Assembly (NCBI GenBank): GCA_049967475.1
Contig: JBMFSQ010000005.1
Location: 55,172 to 119,171, forward strand
Length of the DNA stretch: 64,000 nt
Direction of reading: 5' to 3'
DNA from: Chthonomonadales bacterium
GTDB lineage: Bacteria > Armatimonadota > Chthonomonadetes > Chthonomonadales > CAJBBX01
Under the pieces are notes generated by a model. The model was not told the DNA's origin. It worked only from the letters and a program-made list of their open reading frames with translations, and ran no database searches. Position numbers and translations under genes: made by a program. Every line of letters begins with the position of its first letter. Position 1 is the first letter of the stretch. Positions 38,459 to 47,528 of this stretch are shown here, in pieces.

Positions 38459-38980
38459 TCACTGCCCATGGGATCCGGGCGGATCCTCTGCTTCCCCGCG
38501 GCTGCAATAGGGCGCGATCTCGGCACGTGTGAGGCATCCCTCATCAAAAGTGAGATAGCGCACCACGGCGCACGTTTGCTCCTCGGTCATGGGCACGTAT
38601 CTGCCACGGCCTCGGGCATATAAGGTGGCATCTTCTCCGCGGATCTCTCCGTGGGCCTGCCAGATGCGGCGGCGCGTGTCCTGCGTCCAGCCCGTCGCCA
38701 CCACCGGCGTTCCCAAGGGAAGCGGCTTCAGAAACTCCACGCACACTTCTACCGACATGCAAAAGCGCCGTGTCGCGATGCATGGAGCCCAGCCCATCGT
38801 CTCGTCCAAAAGTGCTGCGAGGACTCCGCCGTGGGTGATGCCTGCATATCCCATATGGGGCTTTTTCGGCGTGAAGTACGTCCATACTTTTTCGCCATCC
38901 GTATGGAAGCGTACAGCGAGGCCGGCCGCGTTGCGGTCGCCGCACACGAAACACAAGTGATAATTGGGCAGCTTGGGCAT
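38459..38980 (-). CDS. PaaI-family thioesterase
   Basis: CFVCGDRNAAGL, HGGVLAALLDE. Confidence 0.88.
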   Translation of the reverse strand: MPKLPNYHLCFVCGDRNAAGLAVRFHTDGEKVWTYFTPKKPHMGYAGITHGGVLAALLDETMGWAPCIATRRFCMSVEVCVEFLKPLPLGTPVVATGWTQDTRRRIWQAHGEIRGEDATLYARGRGRYVPMTEEQTCAVVRYLTFDEGCLTRAEIAPYCSRGEAEDPPGSHGQ

Positions 38981-39121
38981 AGGCTTGCTGCGGCGCAGGG
39001 AAGCCGGCGATTGGGCCTTCCCCCTGCGGCGCACATGTTTCACAACGCAGGAACCAAACAACCAGGGCTGGCGTATTGAAAAGTGCGCATGTCCTCCTTT
39101 TCACTTGAAGACCATCGCGTA

Positions 39122-39160
39122 GATGGCGCCCGTTCCCGCAAGGGAGCGGGCCATTTTGTT
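39122..39160. terminator. GC hairpin downstream of the SDR gene
   Basis: GCCCGTTCCC-GCAA-GGGAGCGGGC, followed by a T-tract on the plus strand. Confidence 0.55.
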
Positions 39161-39181
39161 ATCGCCTGCGCCCGTTGCGCA

Positions 39182-39967
39182 TCAGTGGAGGTATGATGCG
39201 CCGTTCACGTCTATTGTTATGCCCGTCAGGTAGTCGGCGGCGTCCGAAGCCAAGAACACAGCGACGTGGGCAACATCCTCGGGTGTCGCGATGCGCCCTA
39301 CAGGGATCTCGGCCAGGATGCTCTCCCGCATCGTTTCCATTCCTTCGCGAGCCATCGCCGTCTCCACCCATCCCGGCGCGATGCCGTAGGCATAAACACC
39401 GCCTGCGGAGAGGGCGCGCGCAAGGCACCGGGTGAAGATGACCATGCCCGCTTTACTCACGGCGTAGGCGGGGGCGTCCGTCTCGCCGCGGAACGCCGCC
39501 CTCGACGCGATATTGATAATCTTGCCGCGACCCCGCGCGAGCATATGCGGCAGTATACAGTAGGTTATGTTCACCGCACTCATGAGGTTCGTGTCCAGTG
39601 TGCGCTTCCACGCTTCCAGCCACAGGGTGTATTCCTCCATGGTGAACGGCTGCTTCTCGTAGATGCCGGCGTTGTTCACCACCACATCCAACCCGCCCAA
39701 ATGCTCCAGGGAAGCATCCACCAATTTGCGGCATTCGGCTGGATCCGCTACGTCAGCCTGAATGATGCCGTGGTCCGTACCGGGAAGCGCAGCCAGCACC
39801 TCGCGGGCTGCAGCTTCGTCCCGATTGTAGTGGATCATGACGCGCACGCCGCACGCAGCCAGGGCGCGGGCGATCGCCGCCCCAATCCCCCTCGAGGAAC
39901 CGGTAACCAGAGCCGCACGGCCCGCGAGCCCCGCGTCCAGGCCGCAATGGCCCGAGAACGCCTCCAT
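39182..39967 (-). CDS. SDR family oxidoreductase (FabG-like)
   Basis: TGSSRGIG, NNAG, YAVSK. Confidence 0.9.
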   Translation of the reverse strand: MEAFSGHCGLDAGLAGRAALVTGSSRGIGAAIARALAACGVRVMIHYNRDEAAAREVLAALPGTDHGIIQADVADPAECRKLVDASLEHLGGLDVVVNNAGIYEKQPFTMEEYTLWLEAWKRTLDTNLMSAVNITYCILPHMLARGRGKIINIASRAAFRGETDAPAYAVSKAGMVIFTRCLARALSAGGVYAYGIAPGWVETAMAREGMETMRESILAEIPVGRIATPEDVAHVAVFLASDAADYLTGITIDVNGASYLH

Positions 39968-39968
39968 C

Positions 39969-40688
39969 CTACAAAATCCCCGCAAGGGCTTCCCGCTGCA
40001 CCTGCACGATCTGCCGGATGCCCCCTGCAGCCAAATCTAGAAGCCGGTTCAAGCGCGCCCGATCGAAGGGTGCCCCCTCAGCGGTTCCCTGTACCTCGAT
40101 GAAGCGACCCTTGTCCGTCATCACGACGTTCATATCCACGGCCGCGTACCGGTCCTCATCATAGCACAGGTCAAGAACGTCTTCACCCATCACGATGCCC
40201 ACGCTCACAGCCGCAACCACGTCGGAGAAGGGAAGTTTACGCAAGAAGCGTTCCTTCACCATCCATTGAGCGGCCTCAGCAAGGGCCACGAAGGCTCCAG
40301 TGACCGATGCGGTGCGCGTTCCGCCGTCCGCCTGCATCACGTCGCAATCCAGAAGGATCGTGCGCTCACCCAGGGCGGCCATGTCCACTACGGAACGGAG
40401 GCTGCGGCCCACCAACCTCTGGATCTCCACCGTCCGCCCGCCGGGCCCCTTGGTGTCGCGAGGAGTGCGCTCGCGGCAACTTCGCGGCATCATGCCGTAC
40501 TCGGCCGTGACCCACCCCTGCCCGGAGCCCTTGAGGAACGGAGGCACGCGATCCTCTACGGTGGCCGTGCAGATGACCTTGGTGTCGCCGAATTCCACCA
40601 GGCAGGACCCTTCGGCATACTTCATGAAGCCGCGCGTCAGTTTGATCGGCCGCAGTTCATCCGCGGCGCGCCCATCGGGTCTGGGCAT
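39969..40688 (-). CDS. rph: Ribonuclease PH
   Basis: [38 protein letters not shown]. Confidence 0.97.
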   Translation of the reverse strand: MPRPDGRAADELRPIKLTRGFMKYAEGSCLVEFGDTKVICTATVEDRVPPFLKGSGQGWVTAEYGMMPRSCRERTPRDTKGPGGRTVEIQRLVGRSLRSVVDMAALGERTILLDCDVMQADGGTRTASVTGAFVALAEAAQWMVKERFLRKLPFSDVVAAVSVGIVMGEDVLDLCYDEDRYAAVDMNVVMTDKGRFIEVQGTAEGAPFDRARLNRLLDLAAGGIRQIVQVQREALAGIL

Positions 40689-40771
40689 AGCATTCCTCCT
40701 CGTGACAGAGCCCTTGGCGGCGCTTACATTAAACGACGGGCCGGCCTTTTCCTGTGTCCCCGAAGGATGCA

Positions 40772-42361
40772 TCAATCCATGCTCACTCCGCCCCGCATCC
40801 CTACCGGAAGCCCCTTATTGAAGAACAGGAGTAGCGGCAGCACCCCCAAGAACGCAATACAGATCATCAGGAAGGCATCGTTGAACGCCATTACCGAAGC
40901 CTGCCCGTACACGGTCCCCTGCACGGCTGCCAGAGCCTGCTTATGAGCAACCGCAGGCATGGAACCCCGGCTTACAAACGCGGCCTCCAGAGCCTTGATG
41001 CGCATGGCAGCAGCGGTGCTGTATGGGGTAATGTGCTCGAGCAGCCTCGCGTTGTGCAACACGGTACGGCGATCCAAAAAGGTAGAGAGGAAGGCGATGC
41101 CTGCACTCCCGCCGAGCTGCCTCGCCAAATTGAACAGGCCCGTACCGTAGGCCAGGTCCCGCCCTGATAAGCCCAACAGCGTAGCAAGGCTCAGGGGAAT
41201 GAAGATGCATCCCAGGGCGGCGCCGCGCAGCACCAGCGGCCAGAACAGATGCTCCGGACCCGTGTCCATTGTAAGGAAGTGAAGACTGTACATGGACGCG
41301 GCGAAGAGCACGGCGCCAACGCCGGCCAGGATGCGAGGCGGGATGCGGTTGACCAGTCTCCCCACAATGGGCGTTACAAACATGGTAGCCAGGCCGCCGG
41401 GCAAGAAGATGAGCCCGGTTTGTTCGGCAGTGTAATGGCGCAGATCCTGCAGAAATACCGGCAGGATAAACACACCTCCGTACAAGCCAAAACCCACCGC
41501 CAGCGCGAACGTCGTGCCTGCCGTAAAGCCACGGTTGCGGAGGATATGTAAGTTGACCGCCGGTTCCGGCGTGCGGAGTTCCCACCATACAAACAGCGCC
41601 AAGAAAACGACGGCGGTCACCGTCAGCCAAACGATCATCTGCGAGTCGAACCAGTCCTCTCGGTTGCCTCGCTCCAGCACGGTTTGCAGGCTCCCCAGCC
41701 CAATCGCTAAGAAACCGATGCCCATGGCATCCACCTTCCTGCGACCCGCCTGGTGGTAGCGGCTGTCTCGCAGAAAGAGGAGCACCAGCGTTGTAGCCAC
41801 GATGCCGATGGGAATATTCACGAAGAAGATCCACGGCCACGTGTAGGTGTCTGTGATCCATCCCCCCAGCGTTGGCCCCACAGTGGGCGCAACGATGACG
41901 CCGATGCCGTAGATGCCCTGGATCATTCCCAACTGCTGGGGAGGAAAAACCTCCATGAGTGTGGCCTGGGCAGTAGAAATGAGAGCCGCTCCGCCAGTCC
42001 CCTGAAGCACACGAAAGAAGATGAGCTCATTGAGAGACCTGCTGGTGCCGCAGAAGAAAGAAGCCGCGGTGAAGAGCATCATGGAGGCTGCCAGGTATTT
42101 GCGCCTGCCGAACCGAGCGGAGAGCCACCCCGTAAGGGGAAGGACGATCACATTGGCAATTATGTAGCCGGTGGACACCCATCCGATCTGGTCCAGTGTG
42201 GCCCCCAGGTTCCCCATCATATCGGGAATGGCCACATTGACGATGCTTACATCCAGCACCTCCATAATGGTGCCCAGCATTACGGACACCAGGATGATCC
42301 ATCGGATCCAGCCGGTGTACTCGGCATAATCCGCCACGCTGTTTCTATTCGCAACTGCCAT
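40772..42361 (-). CDS. DHA2-family MFS efflux permease (EmrB/QacA)
   Basis: [25 protein letters not shown]...WPWIFFVN; many TM helices. Confidence 0.92.
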   Translation of the reverse strand: MAVANRNSVADYAEYTGWIRWIILVSVMLGTIMEVLDVSIVNVAIPDMMGNLGATLDQIGWVSTGYIIANVIVLPLTGWLSARFGRRKYLAASMMLFTAASFFCGTSRSLNELIFFRVLQGTGGAALISTAQATLMEVFPPQQLGMIQGIYGIGVIVAPTVGPTLGGWITDTYTWPWIFFVNIPIGIVATTLVLLFLRDSRYHQAGRRKVDAMGIGFLAIGLGSLQTVLERGNREDWFDSQMIVWLTVTAVVFLALFVWWELRTPEPAVNLHILRNRGFTAGTTFALAVGFGLYGGVFILPVFLQDLRHYTAEQTGLIFLPGGLATMFVTPIVGRLVNRIPPRILAGVGAVLFAASMYSLHFLTMDTGPEHLFWPLVLRGAALGCIFIPLSLATLLGLSGRDLAYGTGLFNLARQLGGSAGIAFLSTFLDRRTVLHNARLLEHITPYSTAAAMRIKALEAAFVSRGSMPAVAHKQALAAVQGTVYGQASVMAFNDAFLMICIAFLGVLPLLLFFNKGLPVGMRGGVSMD

Positions 42362-42421
42362 AATAAACACCCTCGCCGGCCCGCAATGGGCAGCCTGCTG
42401 CCGCTGCATCCCCGGCAGGCA

Positions 42422-42452
42422 TTGCCGCCTGCGCCCCTCCATGTGCTATAAT
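42422..42452 (+). promoter_or_regulatory. Extended -10 promoter of the rpmH operon
   Basis: TGcTATAAT (42444-42452), TTGCCG upstream. Confidence 0.6.
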
Positions 42453-42480
42453 AGCGCGTTATGACCACGGGAGGCCACGG

Positions 42481-42615
42481 ATGAAGCGAACGTACCAACC
42501 CAAGAACCGCCGCCACAAAAGGGTGCATGGATTTCTGCAGCGCATGAGCACCACGGACGGCCGCAATGTTCTAAAGCGCCGGCGGCTGAAGGGCCGCTAC
42601 CGCCTCACCGTGTAG
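42481..42615 (+). CDS. rpmH: 50S ribosomal protein L34
   Basis: Manual translation [52 protein letters not shown]. Below the ORF-track length cutoff. Confidence 0.98.
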   Translation: MKRTYQPKNRRHKRVHGFLQRMSTTDGRNVLKRRRLKGRYRLTV

Positions 42616-42647
42616 GCGAAGCCCGCCATCGGTTCGCCGGGATCCTC

Positions 42648-43001
42648 ATGTTGCCCAGGGCGCTGCGCCTCCGCCACAACCGAGAATTTAAGCGTGCGTA
42701 TACCCGGGGTCGCTCGTATCCTCATTCGCTTATGGTCCTTTATGTGGTTCCCGGCAACCCTGGCGTAACGCGGTTCGGCTTCTCGGTGTCACGGAAACTG
42801 GGCGGTGCAGTCATCCGTAATCGCATTAGGCGCCGCCTGCGTGAAGCCTGCCGCGCCCTTTTGCCCGAAGTACGACCGGGCTTCGACGTGGTGATCGTGG
42901 CGCGCCGAGCTGCCTCAATGGAAGGATACGCCGCACTCCGGTTTGCAATCCGTAACCTGCTCGCCAAGGCCAGGCTCCTCAATCACGAGGCGCCACCATA
43001 G
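42648..43001 (+). CDS. rnpA: Ribonuclease P protein component
   Basis: RFGFSVSRKLGGAVIRNRIRRRLRE. Confidence 0.96.
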   Translation: MLPRALRLRHNREFKRAYTRGRSYPHSLMVLYVVPGNPGVTRFGFSVSRKLGGAVIRNRIRRRLREACRALLPEVRPGFDVVIVARRAASMEGYAALRFAIRNLLAKARLLNHEAPP

Positions 43002-43013
43002 TGGAACTCGGGC

Positions 43014-43220
43014 ATGCGCAGGGTATTCATCGGGTTGATACGGTTGTACCAGCGGACCAGCAGGTTCCGGCCGCCTACATGCCGCTTCACCCCATCCTGT
43101 TCGGAGTATACCGCACAGGCAATCGAGAAGTATGGCGTCCTAAAGGGGATCTGGCTCGGTGCGCGCCGCATCCTGAGATGCAACCCCTTCCATCCTGGCG
43201 GGCACGATCCCGTTCCATAA
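43014..43220 (+). CDS. yidD: Membrane protein insertion efficiency factor YidD
   Basis: [10 protein letters not shown]...[17 protein letters not shown]. Confidence 0.96.
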   Translation: MRRVFIGLIRLYQRTSRFRPPTCRFTPSCSEYTAQAIEKYGVLKGIWLGARRILRCNPFHPGGHDPVP

Positions 43221-43235
43221 TCCGAGGATGAGTGA

Positions 43236-44543
43236 ATGCGCTTTCGGTATGCAAGTCGCCTTCTAGTGTTGATTGCCGCTGCAATTCTGTGCGTGGAACA
43301 GCCTCCCGCCGCAGCCCAACAGCAACCCCAACCGCCGGCACCGGCCCGGAATATTGCCACTCCGGCCCAAGGTAACGATCCTGCCCTCGCCAATCCGATT
43401 TTCGCCAAAGCCCTGAAGCTGGAACAGGAAGGCAAGAAGGAACAGGCGCTCACCGAATGGGTGTCCATCGCCCGGGCACATCGCAACGATCCCGAGCTCG
43501 CCGCCGAAGCCCTCTATCAAGCCGGCCTGTACGCCTGGAGACGCTTCGGCACATCCTATGCAGACAAGATACGCGGCCAAGACCAAGCGGTGCAGCTCTG
43601 GAAGGAACTGGACCTGGAATATCCCGACACCCAGGCATACCGCAAGCTCACGGCGCCCTTGCCCGGCTTCCCTACAGGCCAACTGGGCCAACTAGAGCAC
43701 GAGATAGACCAGCGCAACTCCCACGACTGGAAGTACCAGATTCTCAACGGCCTCGTGGTTCTTACGGGACGTAATCCCAACTACAGCTATGCGCTCGCCC
43801 TCATTTTGCTGGCCGTCCTCGTAAAACTCCTGCTGCTCCCGCTCACCCGCAAGCAGTATGCCAGCATGCGTGAGATGCAGCGCTTGCAGCCCCTCATGAA
43901 GGAGCTTCAGAAGAAGTACAAAGGGGCTGAGCTCAATGAGAAGATGATGCAGCTCTACAAGGAGCACGGTGTCAACCCCTTGGCCGGCTGCCTGCCCACG
44001 CTCCTGCAACTCCCCTTCCTCTTCCTGGTCTTTGCCGCCATTCGGGAATACGAACTCGCCTTCCTCAAAGGCAAGTTCCTCTGGATCGGCAGTTCTTTGG
44101 CCCAGCATGGCTGGCGTGTGTTCGGTTACAATGTGATCGGGCGCAATCTGGCGGACCCCGACGTGCCGCTCCTTGCCATCTACGCCTTCAGCAACTACGT
44201 TACGATGAAGCTGACCCCGGCCCAGGATCCCCAGCAGCAGCAACAGCAAAACATGATGGCCGTGATGATGTCTGGCTTCTTCTTCGTGATGTTCCTGAGC
44301 TACCGCTGGTCCTCGGCTTTCGTGCTCTACTGGCTGGCGCTCAATGCCATCTCCATCTGGCAGCAGTACGAATACGTGTACAAGCCGCACAAACTCCGAG
44401 CCCAGGAGGTTGGCCTTTCCGGCGCAGGGGCTTCGAGTGGAAACGGCGCAGGCTCTCCACCCGCAGCACAGTCCAGCCCAGTCGCCACCGCTGCAACCCC
44501 TGCCGCTCCCACCCGGGTGCGGCCGCGTAAAAAGAAGCGATGA
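43236..44543 (+). CDS. yidC: Membrane protein insertase YidC
   Basis: SMREMQRLQP, LYKEHGVNPLAGCLP, LYW; operon position. Confidence 0.92.
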   Translation: MRFRYASRLLVLIAAAILCVEQPPAAAQQQPQPPAPARNIATPAQGNDPALANPIFAKALKLEQEGKKEQALTEWVSIARAHRNDPELAAEALYQAGLYAWRRFGTSYADKIRGQDQAVQLWKELDLEYPDTQAYRKLTAPLPGFPTGQLGQLEHEIDQRNSHDWKYQILNGLVVLTGRNPNYSYALALILLAVLVKLLLLPLTRKQYASMREMQRLQPLMKELQKKYKGAELNEKMMQLYKEHGVNPLAGCLPTLLQLPFLFLVFAAIREYELAFLKGKFLWIGSSLAQHGWRVFGYNVIGRNLADPDVPLLAIYAFSNYVTMKLTPAQDPQQQQQQNMMAVMMSGFFFVMFLSYRWSSAFVLYWLALNAISIWQQYEYVYKPHKLRAQEVGLSGAGASSGNGAGSPPAAQSSPVATAATPAAPTRVRPRKKKR

Positions 44544-44629
44544 GATCATTCTAAGGGCCCACGGCTCATGGCCGGAGCACAACGCCAAGGAGCCTAACCC
44601 ATGCAATCCGTCCGACAAGGGAGGGCGCT

Positions 44630-45133
44630 ATGACGCAACAGGCACAGGAAGGGAAGGATCTCCCCCTCAGCATGGAGGACCTCGAACCGCAGCAACTGCA
44701 TGCTGTGCAGATCCTCGAGGAGATGTTTCACGCCGGCGGATTGAACATCCAGCCGGTGCCTGTGGCGCTCCATCCCCCGTACGTGGATATTGACTTGCGC
44801 GGCAACGACGTGCCTGCCAGCTTCGGCCGGCACGGCAATTGGCTGGATGCCCTGCAATACCTTTCCAACCTCATCGTCCTCCGCCGCGTGGGCCCCGAGG
44901 TTCGCCTCGTTTTGGACGCCGGCGGTTACCGTGCCCGCCGTGCTGCCATCCTGGAAGAGCTTGCCAAACAGTACGCCCAGATGGTTAAGGAACGGCAGGA
45001 GGAGTGCGAGCTGGATCCTCTCCCGGCTCATGAGCGTCGCATCATCCACAACGCCCTGCTGGACGATCCAGACGTACGCACCTACAGCGAGGGAGATGAT
45101 CCGGACCGCCGGGTCATCATCGCGCCCCGCTAG
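44630..45133 (+). CDS. jag: Jag/KhpB-like RNA-binding protein (KH + R3H, no Jag_N domain)
   Basis: GRHG..LDALQYL, DAGGYR, ERRIIHNAL, SEGDDPDRRV. Confidence 0.88.
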   Translation: MTQQAQEGKDLPLSMEDLEPQQLHAVQILEEMFHAGGLNIQPVPVALHPPYVDIDLRGNDVPASFGRHGNWLDALQYLSNLIVLRRVGPEVRLVLDAGGYRARRAAILEELAKQYAQMVKERQEECELDPLPAHERRIIHNALLDDPDVRTYSEGDDPDRRVIIAPR

Positions 45134-45170
45134 ACGATCCGACCCTTCGAGGCAGAAATATCCTCCGCTC

Positions 45171-46568
45171 TCACTCGGAACGCCGCGACCGCGGCTTGAT
45201 CCGCACGTGTAGGATGCGCTGCGCCAGGCTATCCTTTCGCACCCGAATGTGAGCGCGATCGAGTTCCCCTACAGAAACATCCAGGGTTACCTCGAGGCCG
45301 GCGGATTTGGACATGCCGATCTTCTGGCTGGCATAGACGGAGCGATGTCCCACGACCAGGAATGCGACACATGCGCAAAGAGCAGCGTATACACCGATTG
45401 GGCCTGGAAGCATCTCCATTCCCATGACCGTCGCTGCAATGGGTGTGTTGGCAGCCGCGGCGAGCACCCCAATCAAACCATATGCCGCGAATAGTCCTTC
45501 CGGTAGATGGAGGGCATGCGCCAGAGCAGCGCCCGAGGTGGCCCCTATGAAGAAGAGAGGGGTTACGATGCCGCCACTGCCGCCTGTCTCCAGTGTAACC
45601 GCCGTTGCCACAATTTTGACAATGGCGGCGTAGGCAACAACGCGCCAAGCTCCGCTCATCGCTGCTTCGATGGTTCCCACACCAAGCCCGGCGTACTGGG
45701 TTCCGAACACAGAATAGAGGACTGCCAACACTATCCCGCCACCCGCAGCCACAAGATACGGGTGACGCTCGAAGCGCCGCATGCTCCGCTCCAGTAATCG
45801 CATCGCTTCGATGAGAAGCAGCGCTGCGAGACCGAATGCAGCTCCGAATACCAATGCCAACGGCACATCCTCTGCCGGATGCATTCCCACAAAAGCGCCT
45901 GGGATCTGCGGAATGTACGGGCGTGCCCCACATACTAGGTGGGCCACGATGCCGGCTACGATGCAGGGAAAGAGCACCGGGTACTCAATCCTTCCAAGAT
46001 ACAGAACTTCCACCCCAAAGAGCGCTCCGGAGATCGGTGTTCCGAAAACAGCAGCAAACCCAGCTCCAATCCCGCAGATGACCAGCCTGCGCCGATCCCG
46101 GTCATTAAGCCGCAGAAGGTCCGCGAAGAGGCTCGTAATCGAGGCGCCGATCTGGGCACAGGGTCCCTCCTTGCCCACCGAACCTCCGAATGCAAGGGTT
46201 AGCAAGGTTGCCAACAGTTTGATGGGCGCTACCTGCCATTCCACTCGGCCTGCCTGCTCATGGACGGCTGCAATAACGGCCTCGGTACCGTGGCCCTTCG
46301 CCGCCGGCGCGAAGTTGCGGATAAGCCACACGCAAGCCGGAAGTGCAAGCGGCAGAAAAAGGTACGACCGAACTCCAAAAGCGTCCAGATGCGCAACAAG
46401 CTTGGTGGAAGCACTAAGGCTCCAGAGGAACGCCCGCGTGCCGGCACCTACGCAGACACCCGCAATTGTGCCGAGGAACGCCCATTTGACCGTGCTGATG
46501 AGGATCGCCATATGCTCGGCATACCACCGGTCCTCATCAGAAAGCTTTGGGGGTTCTACTTCCTTCAA
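45171..46568 (-). CDS. ClC-family chloride/fluoride channel protein
   Basis: GSVGKEGP, FGTP, GGIVTPLFFIG, AANTP. Confidence 0.92.
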   Translation of the reverse strand: MKEVEPPKLSDEDRWYAEHMAILISTVKWAFLGTIAGVCVGAGTRAFLWSLSASTKLVAHLDAFGVRSYLFLPLALPACVWLIRNFAPAAKGHGTEAVIAAVHEQAGRVEWQVAPIKLLATLLTLAFGGSVGKEGPCAQIGASITSLFADLLRLNDRDRRRLVICGIGAGFAAVFGTPISGALFGVEVLYLGRIEYPVLFPCIVAGIVAHLVCGARPYIPQIPGAFVGMHPAEDVPLALVFGAAFGLAALLLIEAMRLLERSMRRFERHPYLVAAGGGIVLAVLYSVFGTQYAGLGVGTIEAAMSGAWRVVAYAAIVKIVATAVTLETGGSGGIVTPLFFIGATSGAALAHALHLPEGLFAAYGLIGVLAAAANTPIAATVMGMEMLPGPIGVYAALCACVAFLVVGHRSVYASQKIGMSKSAGLEVTLDVSVGELDRAHIRVRKDSLAQRILHVRIKPRSRRSE

Positions 46569-46678
46569 GCGAGTGGGTATCCTCCTCTCATAGAGGAACG
46601 GGCACGAGCCGCCTCTGAATGGCGGCCTGCCCCATAACGAGCATTCGGGCGCCTCGACTAAGGTGGGGCATCCATGCC

Positions 46679-47410
46679 ATGAGCAACCCTAAGCCGCACG
46701 CTTCCCTATTCGGTGAATTGGGCGAAGCCATTCTGGACCTAGTTTACCCGCCGCGCTGCCTGGTCTGCGGAACCCTAGGCCGACACGTGCTTTGCCCGGC
46801 GTGCATCCAGGGCTTCCATCCGGTGAAGAGCCCCATATGCCAAAACTGCGGACGACCCCGGGCACGCGGAGAGAAGTGCCCGGATTGCACCCATGCCCCA
46901 GCCCGCTATATCACCCAAGCCCGTGCGCCATGGATCTTTGATGGAACCTTGCGGGAAGCCGTGCATGCGCTGAAATACCGGCGCAAACGCAGGTTGGCTC
47001 AACCTCTGGGGCAGACCCTCGCCGATTTTCTTTTAACCAAGCCCTTCCCCTCCGTCGTGTTCGACGCTGTAGTTCCCGTGCCGCTTCATCCCAAGCGACT
47101 CCGCCAACGCGGCTTCAACCAGTCCGCCCTGCTGGCGAAGGAAGTGGCGCAAGCTCTGAACCTCCCCGTAGCAGAGGTCCTCATCCGCACACGCGCCACC
47201 CGCACGCAAGTAACGCTTCACGTCAGCGAACGGGCGGCGAACGTGGTTGGCGCCTTTGCGGTTCCGGTACCCGGCGACGTGGAGGGGCGCACCCTCCTGC
47301 TTGTAGACGACGTCGTCACCACCCTGCGCACCGCCGACGAGTGCGCCCGCGTTCTTCGAGAAGCTGGATGCGCCGCTGTCTACGTTGCCTCCCTGGCCCG
47401 CGACCTTTGA
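46679..47410 (+). CDS. comF: ComF-family protein (double zinc ribbon + PRTase)
   Basis: PPRCLVC...CPAC...CQNC...CPDC, VPVPLH, RGFNQS, LVDDVVTT. Confidence 0.9.
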   Translation: MSNPKPHASLFGELGEAILDLVYPPRCLVCGTLGRHVLCPACIQGFHPVKSPICQNCGRPRARGEKCPDCTHAPARYITQARAPWIFDGTLREAVHALKYRRKRRLAQPLGQTLADFLLTKPFPSVVFDAVVPVPLHPKRLRQRGFNQSALLAKEVAQALNLPVAEVLIRTRATRTQVTLHVSERAANVVGAFAVPVPGDVEGRTLLLVDDVVTTLRTADECARVLREAGCAAVYVASLARDL

Positions 47411-47528
47411 GGCCAAACCGACTGGACGCCCGGCTAAGGTATACTAGCTCCGTCCGTTTTGCAGGTTCGCCAGGAGACCCATAATCCGAAAAGTCTAGTA
47501 GCGAGCCGCGGCAACCAGGTGTAACCTC

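Noticed and set aside
38749..39090. Second UGA-readthrough ORF upstream of the thioesterase
   Set aside because: The UGA is not in a redox motif, and the continuation overlaps the thioesterase out of frame.
44232..44249. CAG/CAA run in yidC as a phase-variable tract
   Set aside because: In-frame poly-Gln in the usual DPxQQ loop with mixed codons.
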